A stretch of 41,639 bases of DNA from positions 1-41,639 of the forward strand of contig JBBSPX010000002.1 in assembly GCA_038258395.1 (NCBI GenBank), read 5' to 3'. This document shows, one piece after another, positions 34,538-41,639 of the stretch. Under the pieces are notes generated by a model. The model was not told where the DNA came from, did no database searches, and saw only the letters and a program-made list of their open reading frames with translations. The position numbers and the translations under genes were made by a program. How positions within the stretch are numbered: position 1 is the first letter of the stretch; the number at the start of each line of letters is the position of its first letter. Source of the DNA: Gemmatimonadales bacterium. GTDB taxonomy: Bacteria; Gemmatimonadota; Gemmatimonadetes; Gemmatimonadales; GWC2-71-9.

Positions 34538-35551
34538 TCACCCCTTCTTCTCGTTGTGGCCACCGAACGCATGACGCAGCGCCGAGAGCAGCTTGTCGGC
34601 ATAGTCCGATTCGCCTCGCGATGAGAAGCGCTGATACAGCGCCGCGCTCAACACCGGTGCCGGCACCGCCTCGTCGATTGCCGCCTTGATCGTCCAGCGT
34701 CCCTCGCCGGAGTCCGACACGCGCCCCTCGTACCCTGCCAGGTCCGGCTGCCCGTGCAACGCGCCAGCCGTGAGATCCAGTAGCCACGACGCAATCACAC
34801 TGCCGCGTCGCCAGACCTCCGCGATCTCACCCACGTCGAGATCATACTGGTACAGTTCCGGCTCACGCATCGGCGTGGTCTCGGCGTCGTGTCCCACGGC
34901 GGTGGCGCCGACATTCGCATGACGCAGGATGTTGAACCCTTCGGCGTACGCGGCCATCATGCCGTACTCGATCCCGTTGTGGACCATCTTCACGAAGTGG
35001 CCGGCACCGGCGGGCCCGCAGTGCAAATACCCGTGCCCAGCGGTGCCCTTCGTGTCGTCGCGTCCCGGCGTCCCCTCCGCCGAATCGATCGGCGGCGCGA
35101 GGGCGGCGAACACCGGATCGAGGCGCTGGACCGGTTCCGGTTCGCCGCCGATCATCTGGCAGTAGCCACGCTCCAGGCCCCAGACGCCGCCACTCGTGCC
35201 GACATCGACGTAGTGCAGGCCGCGCGCCGCCAACTCCTTCGCACGCCGAATGTCGTCGACATAGTACGAGTTGCCACCGTCGATGATCGTATCGCCCTTG
35301 GCGAGCAGCGGCGCCAGCTCCGCGATGGCCGCATCGACCACGCCGGCGGGGACCATCAACCAGATCGCGCGCGGTGCCGGCAACTGGTCGACCAGTTCCT
35401 GGAGTGTGTGTGCACCGAGCGCGCCTTCAGTGACGAGTGCATCAACGGCATCGGGCATCCGATCATGCACGACGCAGGCGATGTCGGCGCGTGCGAGTCG
35501 TCGCACCATGTTGGCGCCCATCCTGCCGAGTCCGATCATGCCGAGTTTCAT
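34538..35551 (-). CDS. gnd: 6-phosphogluconate dehydrogenase (decarboxylating, short form)
   Basis: It contains [19 protein letters not shown] (Rossmann), IIDGGNSYY, GTSGGVWGLERG and GAGHFVKMVHNGIEYG. Confidence 0.9.
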   Translation of the reverse strand: MKLGMIGLGRMGANMVRRLARADIACVVHDRMPDAVDALVTEGALGAHTLQELVDQLPAPRAIWLMVPAGVVDAAIAELAPLLAKGDTIIDGGNSYYVDDIRRAKELAARGLHYVDVGTSGGVWGLERGYCQMIGGEPEPVQRLDPVFAALAPPIDSAEGTPGRDDTKGTAGHGYLHCGPAGAGHFVKMVHNGIEYGMMAAYAEGFNILRHANVGATAVGHDAETTPMREPELYQYDLDVGEIAEVWRRGSVIASWLLDLTAGALHGQPDLAGYEGRVSDSGEGRWTIKAAIDEAVPAPVLSAALYQRFSSRGESDYADKLLSALRHAFGGHNEKKG

Positions 35552-36228
35552 GGAGTGGATCCTGATGGTGAGTGATAGGGCGGTTGCCAGAGGCGGAAGC
35601 CGCCCGTGAATGCGTTGTCGTTGTCGCCCAGGAGGACATGCTCCGGCAGCTCATCGAGTCGGTCGGCGTTGCCGCCACCGATCACGATGTATTCCGGTTG
35701 CAACGCCGCACGGAGCAACTCAACGACTCGCCAGACATGTTTGGTCCACTTCTTCTCGCCGAGGCGGTCACGGCCGTCGTCGCCCAGGTACTCCTCGTAG
35801 CTCTTGTGTTTACGGTACGGCAAGTGCGCGAGTTCCATCGGCTGGATGATGTCGTCGACAATCATCGCCGAGCCGAGCCCGGTGCCGAGTCCGAGAAAGA
35901 GCATCGAGCCACCGTTGTAGCTGCCGAGTGCCTGCATGGCGGCATCATTGATGAGTCTCACGGGGCAGTCGAACGCGGTACGGAAATCGAAGGACGTCCA
36001 CCCAGCCGCGAGATTGCGAGGCTCCTTCGTGATGCGGCCGCGTTGCACCACACCGGGATAGCCGATCGTCACGGCATCGTAGTGCCAGTCGCTTGTCATC
36101 TCGCGGGCAGCGATGATCATCGCGTCCGGTGTCATGTCATGGCCCGAGTCGACCTTGCGCGATTCGTGTTGGTCAGAGGCCAATACCTTCACATGACTGC
36201 CACCGACATCGATCGTGAGCACGATCAT
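35548..36228 (-). CDS. ROK-family glucokinase (polyphosphate/ATP glucokinase-like)
   Basis: It contains [36 protein letters not shown] and IVIGGGNA. It has 4-nt overlaps with both neighbours. Confidence 0.8.
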   Translation of the reverse strand: MIVLTIDVGGSHVKVLASDQHESRKVDSGHDMTPDAMIIAAREMTSDWHYDAVTIGYPGVVQRGRITKEPRNLAAGWTSFDFRTAFDCPVRLINDAAMQALGSYNGGSMLFLGLGTGLGSAMIVDDIIQPMELAHLPYRKHKSYEEYLGDDGRDRLGEKKWTKHVWRVVELLRAALQPEYIVIGGGNADRLDELPEHVLLGDNDNAFTGGFRLWQPPYHSPSGSTP

Positions 36229-37604
36229 GGTGTCGCCTTCGGGTTGGCCCAGCCACCGACATCACTCGCCAGGATTTCTGCGGCATCGGGGCCCCAGCTC
36301 CCAGCCTCATACTGATGCACCGGTGTGGCGTCGCCGAGCACCGGCTCGACGATGGACCAGGCCGCCTCGACGGCATCCTGTCGCGCGAAGAGCGTTTGGT
36401 CGCCGTCCATTGCCTCGCCGAGAAGTCGTTCGTAGGCACTCATCTCATCGCAGTCGGACCGGTTGAGGAGGACCAGTTCGGTCGGCACGCCTCGCATCGA
36501 ATCGCCGGGCTCCTTGATGAGTACCCCCATGGCGATGCGCAGGTCCGGATTGACGCGGAGGTGCAGATGGTTCCCGGTCCCGGGCGCGAGCGTGGTGAGT
36601 GGTGGTCGCTTGAACTCGACCACCACTTCGGTTGCGGTCACTGGCATATCCTTGCCGGCGCGGATCAGGAATGGCACGCCGTCCCAGCGCCACGAGTCGA
36701 CGGTCAGCCGGAGTGCGGCGAAGGTCTCGACCGTGGAATCCTTCGCGACACCCGCTTCGTCGCGATAGCCGGCGAACTGACCGCGGATCACATCTTCCGG
36801 AGCCAACGGCCGGATCTGCCGGAACACCTTGACCAGTTCGTCGCGGATCGCCTCGTTGTAGGTGGTCGCTGGTGGTTCCATCGCCACGAAGCCGATGATC
36901 TGCATCAGGTGATTCTGGATCACGTCACGGATCGCACCGGCCTCCTCGTAGAAGCTGCCGCGTCCGTCCACTCCGAACGATTCGGCCATGGTGATCTGGA
37001 CGCTCTCGATGTAGTTGCGGTTCCAGATCGGCTCGAGGAAGGTGTTGGCGAACCGGAACACCAGAAGATTTTGCACCGCCTCCTTGCCGAGGTAGTGGTC
37101 GATCCGGAAGACCGCGCGTTCGTCGAAGACCGTGTGAATCGTGTCACTCAACGCCTTGGCCGATGCGAGGTCGCGCCCGAACGGCTTCTCCACGATCACG
37201 CGGGCATCGTTGGCCGAGCCCGAGGCGCCGAGATGATCGACCACGACCGGGAAGAGACTGGGTGGAATCGCGAGATAGTGGATTGGGCGCTTGGCGTCGG
37301 CGAGTGCTTCCTTCAGCCGATCGAAGGTGCTGCGCTCGTTGTAGTCGCCGCCGACGTAGCGGAGCAGGTCACAGAGTTTCGCGCATGCGGCCTCGTCGAC
37401 GCCCTCGTCGCTCGCTTCGAGCGACTCGCGGGCGCGATCGCGCAGCTTGTCGAGCGACCAATCCTGGCGGGCCACGCCGATGATCGGCACATCAAGGTGG
37501 CCGTGGCGGATCATCGCCTGGAGTGCGGGAAAGATCTTCTTGAAGGCCAAGTCGCCGGTGGCACCAAAGAAGACGAAAGCATCGGACCGTGCAGGGTCGG
37601 TCAT
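36225..37604 (-). CDS. zwf: glucose-6-phosphate 1-dehydrogenase
   Basis: Start reset to [28 protein letters not shown] (cat at 37602-37604, ATGA overlap with the glucoamylase stop). It contains RIDHYLGKE and the active-site region EKPFGRDL. Confidence 0.95.
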   Translation of the reverse strand: MTDPARSDAFVFFGATGDLAFKKIFPALQAMIRHGHLDVPIIGVARQDWSLDKLRDRARESLEASDEGVDEAACAKLCDLLRYVGGDYNERSTFDRLKEALADAKRPIHYLAIPPSLFPVVVDHLGASGSANDARVIVEKPFGRDLASAKALSDTIHTVFDERAVFRIDHYLGKEAVQNLLVFRFANTFLEPIWNRNYIESVQITMAESFGVDGRGSFYEEAGAIRDVIQNHLMQIIGFVAMEPPATTYNEAIRDELVKVFRQIRPLAPEDVIRGQFAGYRDEAGVAKDSTVETFAALRLTVDSWRWDGVPFLIRAGKDMPVTATEVVVEFKRPPLTTLAPGTGNHLHLRVNPDLRIAMGVLIKEPGDSMRGVPTELVLLNRSDCDEMSAYERLLGEAMDGDQTLFARQDAVEAAWSIVEPVLGDATPVHQYEAGSWGPDAAEILASDVGGWANPKATP

Positions 37605-40009
37605 GGTGTACTCGGTGTGGCGAGAATGATGGCGGTCCGGAAATCCTGGCCTTCCCATTGATCAGCATCATGCCAGTGCATGGTGAAATCGACGTGGGTA
37701 TCGGCCGGAAGGTTTCCGGTAGGGAGGTCGATCAGGTGGATTCCGAGTCCGGTGTCGCGGGCAGGGGTGTCATGCGTGGTGGCCCACCCGTCGATCGACC
37801 AATGCAAGGTCGCTGCAGCTCGGACTTCGATGCGGAGAATCAGGCCGGCCGACATCGTGCTCGCCCGCCGATCGAATCGCCAGCAGGCGAACGGTGTCCC
37901 CGGATGATCCTGATGGTAACGCTCGACCGGTTGTGGCGGCATGTCGAACACGGCGCCATCGGCCAAGGAGTGGCGCAGCTTGAGGTATTCGGCATGCGCC
38001 CAGACCAGCGGCATCGCCGACCCGGACGGCTTGCCACGGTAGAGTTCGCGCCGGGGAACATCGTCCTGATCCCAGACCTGTTCAGGGAGTAGCCCGCCGG
38101 CGTTGGCGAAATTGCCGTACACCTCGAGCAGATCGGCCGCGACGTCGAGTCGACCGGCGGCGATCTCGTAGTGCGCGCGCTCGCCGATCAGCAGTGGCCA
38201 GGGACGGCCGATTCCCACACCGTTGAAGGCAGAGCCGTCGGCGTGCTCTCCGTAGCCGTCACCATTGTATCGATACCAGACGGGTCCCTGCGGCAGCTCA
38301 ATCTTGAGTTTCGCGTCGATCACCTTGACCGTATTCACGATCCGGGGATCATCCGCGGTGCGGAGCCCGAATCGGACCAGCGCCAACGCATCGGGACTGA
38401 CCAAGTCGGCCGTCGCAACCATGCCCTCGCCCGATGCACGATTGTTGAGCTGAACGCTCCCCTCACGGGGCGACGCCGCATCGGCTGGCGTGATGCGCAC
38501 GTAGTAGCCATCGACGCCAACCTCACTCGCCAGCGCGGTGCCTTCGACATAGGTCCACTGCTCAATCGACGCATTCCACGCATCGGCCGTCTCGCGCAGG
38601 TACTCCGCTACCTCCGGTTCATACCGTTCCGCAAACTCGGCGGCCGCCAGCAACGCCGCGACCTCGACCGCGATCGTGTACACCGAGTAGCCGGATTCCT
38701 CTTCCCAGCGATCCTGCTCGGTGACGGGGCCGTGCTCCACGATGAACGCGGCGGCGCGGCGCACCATCGACCAGAGCTGGGCATGCACCTCGTCAGTGAT
38801 CGCACCCCGGCGATGCGCCAGATCGACCAGCAGGATCGGCAATCCGGTCTCGTCCATCTGGATCCCGGGCCAGTATGGCGTGCCGTCAAGCCACATGTTC
38901 TGCGGCCAGCGACCATCAGGCTCCTGCGTCACCGCGAGATAGCGGAGCACACGATGCACATCCTCATGGGCGCCGGCCGCGAGCAGGCCACCGGCGCTCT
39001 CCACCAGATCACGTGGCCAGGCGAGATGATAGCCGCCGAGATCGTGATCGCCCTTGGCGTACCCCCACGGAATCGAGAGCGACGCGATCATGCCGCCAGG
39101 AAAACGTGCCGACTCATGCGTCAGGAGGACCGCCGTCGAGACCCGGTAGAGATCGCGTGTGCCCGCTCGCACCGTTGGCGGCGCGGCGAGTGTCGCCTGC
39201 CACTCGCGCCATTCGGCGGTGTATTCGGCGAACGCCTCGTCAAATCCATCCCACAGCGACGCCGCCACGCGATGGCCCGCCTCCGAGGCCGTTCGGCCGA
39301 AGCCGACCGCGAGCGTGAATTCGCCGCCGGTGGCGAGCAGATCGATCTGGCCGGTGAGCGCAACGTTGCCGTTGGTCGCTCGGCTGTGCTGAGGCATCAG
39401 CCGGTGGGCGGCATGCAACTGCTGCCAGCCATCCGAAGTGCCCACGAAGCCGACACTCCGCGCGAGCCAGTCGGTGGAGCAGGCGAGCGCGAGTGCGGTG
39501 CCGTCGCGTTCGGCGAAGAGCATCGGGATACCCTTGCACTCCCCGACCCAGGCGGTGTTGCCCGCGCCGGCGTTGCCGAGGTGCGGCGCAAGCAGGGCGT
39601 AGAGGCCGTAGTCCTCGAGCGAGCCATGGAGTGCGCGGAACTTCACGCGCTGCAACACCACTTCGCGCTTCGGATCGGCGATGATCGTCTTCTCGATCAC
39701 GTAGCGATCGCCGGGGCAGCGGCTCTCGAGATGGAATGCCGGAATCCCATCGGTCGGGGTCGTCACCTCGTGGACGGCCTGCCGCTTCTCCTCGGCGAGA
39801 AACCCCTCGGGGCCGGTGATGACCAGCCCGAGGTCGCGGGTGCACGCCTGGTCGGCGCGCGGGTAGTAGATCTCGTTCAGGATGCCGTGACTGATCGTGA
39901 ACCAGACGCGGCCGTGCTCACCAAGCGCGGTGCCGACACCACTCTTGGCACTCGAGGTCCAGCGGGCGGGGATACCTGGGCCACCTGGTGCTTCCTCAGG
40001 GTCGTTCAC
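37601..40009 (-). CDS. GH15-family glucoamylase/glucodextranase
   Basis: It contains [18 protein letters not shown]...[46 protein letters not shown] and LPEQVWD. The start is uncertain: GTG at 40009 is chosen, TTG at 40039 is possible, and the ORF-track start 40165 runs through the heptamer repeat and the neighbouring gene start. Confidence 0.85.
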   Translation of the reverse strand: MNDPEEAPGGPGIPARWTSSAKSGVGTALGEHGRVWFTISHGILNEIYYPRADQACTRDLGLVITGPEGFLAEEKRQAVHEVTTPTDGIPAFHLESRCPGDRYVIEKTIIADPKREVVLQRVKFRALHGSLEDYGLYALLAPHLGNAGAGNTAWVGECKGIPMLFAERDGTALALACSTDWLARSVGFVGTSDGWQQLHAAHRLMPQHSRATNGNVALTGQIDLLATGGEFTLAVGFGRTASEAGHRVAASLWDGFDEAFAEYTAEWREWQATLAAPPTVRAGTRDLYRVSTAVLLTHESARFPGGMIASLSIPWGYAKGDHDLGGYHLAWPRDLVESAGGLLAAGAHEDVHRVLRYLAVTQEPDGRWPQNMWLDGTPYWPGIQMDETGLPILLVDLAHRRGAITDEVHAQLWSMVRRAAAFIVEHGPVTEQDRWEEESGYSVYTIAVEVAALLAAAEFAERYEPEVAEYLRETADAWNASIEQWTYVEGTALASEVGVDGYYVRITPADAASPREGSVQLNNRASGEGMVATADLVSPDALALVRFGLRTADDPRIVNTVKVIDAKLKIELPQGPVWYRYNGDGYGEHADGSAFNGVGIGRPWPLLIGERAHYEIAAGRLDVAADLLEVYGNFANAGGLLPEQVWDQDDVPRRELYRGKPSGSAMPLVWAHAEYLKLRHSLADGAVFDMPPQPVERYHQDHPGTPFACWRFDRRASTMSAGLILRIEVRAAATLHWSIDGWATTHDTPARDTGLGIHLIDLPTGNLPADTHVDFTMHWHDADQWEGQDFRTAIILATPSTP

Positions 40010-40071
40010 TGCGGCGACTTTCTCATCTGTGCAACACAACAGGATTGGGTCGCGGATGCAACTGGAGTACG

Positions 40072-40106
40072 TTTCTCGTCTCTCGTCTCTCGCTTCTCGC
40101 TTCTCG
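40072..40106. repeat. heptanucleotide tandem repeat, five units (TTTCTCG TCTCTCG TCTCTCG CTTCTCG CTTCTCG)
   Basis: Read directly from the sequence. It lies in the divergent promoter region and ends 2 nt before the AGGAG RBS of the 40119 gene. Confidence 0.9.
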
Positions 40107-40118
40107 CCAGGAGTCCCC

Positions 40119-41327
40119 ATGCCCCGCCTCAGCGCACTCGTCATCCTCCTCGCCGCATGCGCCACGCCGCCGGTCGATGCCCCGGCCGCGCCAGCGGGCG
40201 ATCACCACGCCTACATCTGGTCGATGGGCGACCGCACCGGCAGCGACGGGCTCCTGACCCTCGATGTCGACACCGCCTCGACCACCTACGGCCAGATCAT
40301 TGGCGGCCTGCTGCTCGATACCGCGGGGACGAGGCCGCACCATATCGAGCGACGGGTGCACGCCGATGGGCAACTGGTCGCCAATGGCTGGATGGCGAAC
40401 ACCAGCTGGATCTTTGATGTCCACGATCCCGCCCATCCGGTGATCCGGAGCACCTTCCGAACTGCTGGCGGCGTGATGGGCTGGGCCCACGACTTCTCGC
40501 GGCTCCCGAATGGTCACCTGCTGGTCGCCTTCAACGGCGGCCCGGGAGCGTACACCGGCCCAGGCGGCATCGCGGAACTCGACTCGGCTGGGGCGGTGGT
40601 GCAGTCGGCGATGGCCACGATGTCGGACATCGGAGATACCGCGGCAACCCCCTACGTCGTCACCCCGGTACCCGGTCGTGACCGTGCGCTCGTCGGCCTG
40701 GGCGAGATGGGGATGGGGAACGACTATCACTACCACAGCGTGAACATGATCGAGCTCTGGTCGACCAGTCCGCTCAAGCCGATCGCCCTCGTGCCGCTGC
40801 CCGCTTCGGGAAATGACCTCGGCCACATCGCGACCTCAAGCATCGTGGCAACCGCGAATGGTGAGATCTTTGCCAACACCTTCGGCTGCGGGCTGTATCA
40901 CGTGAGTGGCCTCGACGGCGATACACCCGTCGCAACCCGGGTGTTCACATTCCCCGGCGACATCGACGATGCCAGCTGTGGAGTCGGAACGACAGTCGGC
41001 AACTACTGGATCCAGGCCGTCGCCGCGCTCCCCGGACTGATTGTGGTCGACGCAAGCAACCCCGATAGCGTGCGCGAAGTCACCCGCCTGACACTCGACA
41101 GCACCGCATTCGCCGGCGCGCATTGGGTGTCTGTGAACAAGGCAGGCACGCGCCTCGCCCTCACGGGCAACGGATCGTGGTTGGTGATGGCGCGGTTCGA
41201 CCCTGGGACGGGACGGGTCGGCATCGACGACCATTTCGGCTCACGCGATGACGGGCTCCCCGGCATCGAGGTCCATGATACCAAGGGGCGCGTGGTGCAT
41301 CCACATGGTGTGGCCTGGGGGCCGTGA
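40119..41327 (+). CDS. beta-propeller lipoprotein, SBP56 (selenium-binding protein/methanethiol oxidase)-like
   Basis: ATG at 40119 follows AGGAG. It has the lipobox LLAACAT. The segment LLTLDVDTASTTYGQIIGGLLLD...RPHHIE resembles the SBP56 N-terminal region (LATVDVDPKSPQYCQVIH...LHHSGWN). The family call is tentative. Confidence 0.6.
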   Translation: MPRLSALVILLAACATPPVDAPAAPAGDHHAYIWSMGDRTGSDGLLTLDVDTASTTYGQIIGGLLLDTAGTRPHHIERRVHADGQLVANGWMANTSWIFDVHDPAHPVIRSTFRTAGGVMGWAHDFSRLPNGHLLVAFNGGPGAYTGPGGIAELDSAGAVVQSAMATMSDIGDTAATPYVVTPVPGRDRALVGLGEMGMGNDYHYHSVNMIELWSTSPLKPIALVPLPASGNDLGHIATSSIVATANGEIFANTFGCGLYHVSGLDGDTPVATRVFTFPGDIDDASCGVGTTVGNYWIQAVAALPGLIVVDASNPDSVREVTRLTLDSTAFAGAHWVSVNKAGTRLALTGNGSWLVMARFDPGTGRVGIDDHFGSRDDGLPGIEVHDTKGRVVHPHGVAWGP

Positions 41328-41340
41328 GACGTGAAGTCCT

Positions 41341-41444
41341 GTCACGCCGAACGCAGTGAGGCGGCGGCGTCATGCGATTCCGCCGTGCCGGGACAGGAAC
41401 GGAGAATTTTCGGAGCCCCGCCGCCTCACTACGTTCGGCGTGAC
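41341..41444. repeat. REP-like long inverted repeat (27-bp arms, 50-nt loop)
   Basis: gtcacgccgaacgcagtgaggcggcgg (41341-41367) pairs with ccgccgcctcactacgttcggcgtgac (41418-41444) with one mismatch. That mismatch would be a G:U pair in a minus-strand transcript. Confidence 0.85.
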
Positions 41445-41459
41445 ATGCTCGTTTCTCGT

Positions 41460-41639
41460 TCACGGATACGCAAACCGCTTGACCGGATACGCTGGCGGCG
41501 GCGGCACCGGCCGAGGGTCGGCGGCGATCATCGCCTTGAGTTCGGCGATTGCACGGTCGAGCTGCGCGTCGCCACCCATGTAGGTGGCATGCGGCAAGTT
41601 GTCGACCTCGATATCCGGGATCACGCCCTCCTGTTCCAC
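41460..41639 (-). CDS. C-terminal end of an S41/tricorn-like peptidase (N-terminus beyond the right window edge; absent from the ORF track)
   Basis: My own reverse-strand translation gives VEQEGVIPDIEVDNLPHATYMGGDAQLDRAIAELKAMIAADPRPVPPPPAYPVKRFAYP*, with the stop tca at 41460-41462. The pattern G(V)xPDIEVDN.P......G.D.QL..A resembles tricorn-core/S41 C-termini. Confidence 0.55.
   Translation of the reverse strand: MEQEGVIPDIEVDNLPHATYMGGDAQLDRAIAELKAMIAADPRPVPPPPAYPVKRFAYP

Noticed and set aside
39897-40118. Upstream extension of the lipoprotein ORF, and the 40165 start of the glucoamylase ORF
   Set aside because: Both extensions read through the heptamer tandem repeat (giving SRLSSLASRFS and EKREARDERRE) and through each other. 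ATG 40119 with AGGAG and a lipobox is the convincing start.

Overview
41.6-kb window from a high-G+C bacterial chromosome. Gene content and repeat types resemble Gemmatimonadota/Acidobacteriota-like soil bacteria, but that is inference only. I support about 40 protein-coding genes, two of them truncated by the window ends and absent from the ORF track. I found no rRNA, tRNA or CRISPR array by eye. Layout: (1) 1-8.05 kb, membrane and regulatory genes: MscS channel, CPA1 Na+/H+ antiporter, TonB-C lipoprotein, a membrane-anchored SARP/BTAD-AAA regulator and a small beta-barrel OMP. (2) 8.05-19.0 kb, a visibly lower-G+C defence island. It holds a translationally coupled four-gene cassette (GHKL/MORC-like ATPase, Z1 SF2 ATPase, PD-(D/E)XK protein, AIPR protein), then an IS630 transposase scar, then a coupled HTH-fused C5 cytosine methyltransferase, Vsr and EcoRII-family endonuclease operon. 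This is the most interesting region. The cassette matches a computationally predicted R-M-linked system (to my recollection named Mza) whose mechanism is unknown, and here it sits beside a complete EcoRII-type R-M that could share its methyl mark. (3) 19-27 kb, an accessory patch. Two about 95% identical 78-aa genes form 262-bp direct repeats that bracket a Ser/Thr kinase and a decayed MNT/HEPN module. The patch also has a 107-nt compound palindrome, a class II Fic (SoFic-like) gene with an upstream triple operator-like repeat, and vapBC. (4) 27-41.6 kb, mostly housekeeping or envelope genes: tandem Big_2 and Big_2-RCC1 lipoproteins, a DUF2779 nuclease-like gene, DDAH plus an APC permease, a five-gene overlapping GH15 glucoamylase-zwf-glucokinase-gnd-pgl operon, an SBP56-like lipoprotein and the tail of an S41/tricorn-like peptidase. 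Intergenic regions carry several dispersed repeat families, including a heptanucleotide (TTCTCGC)n microsatellite at five gene boundaries. All functional calls rest on motif recognition by eye in the supplied translations. No database search was run.
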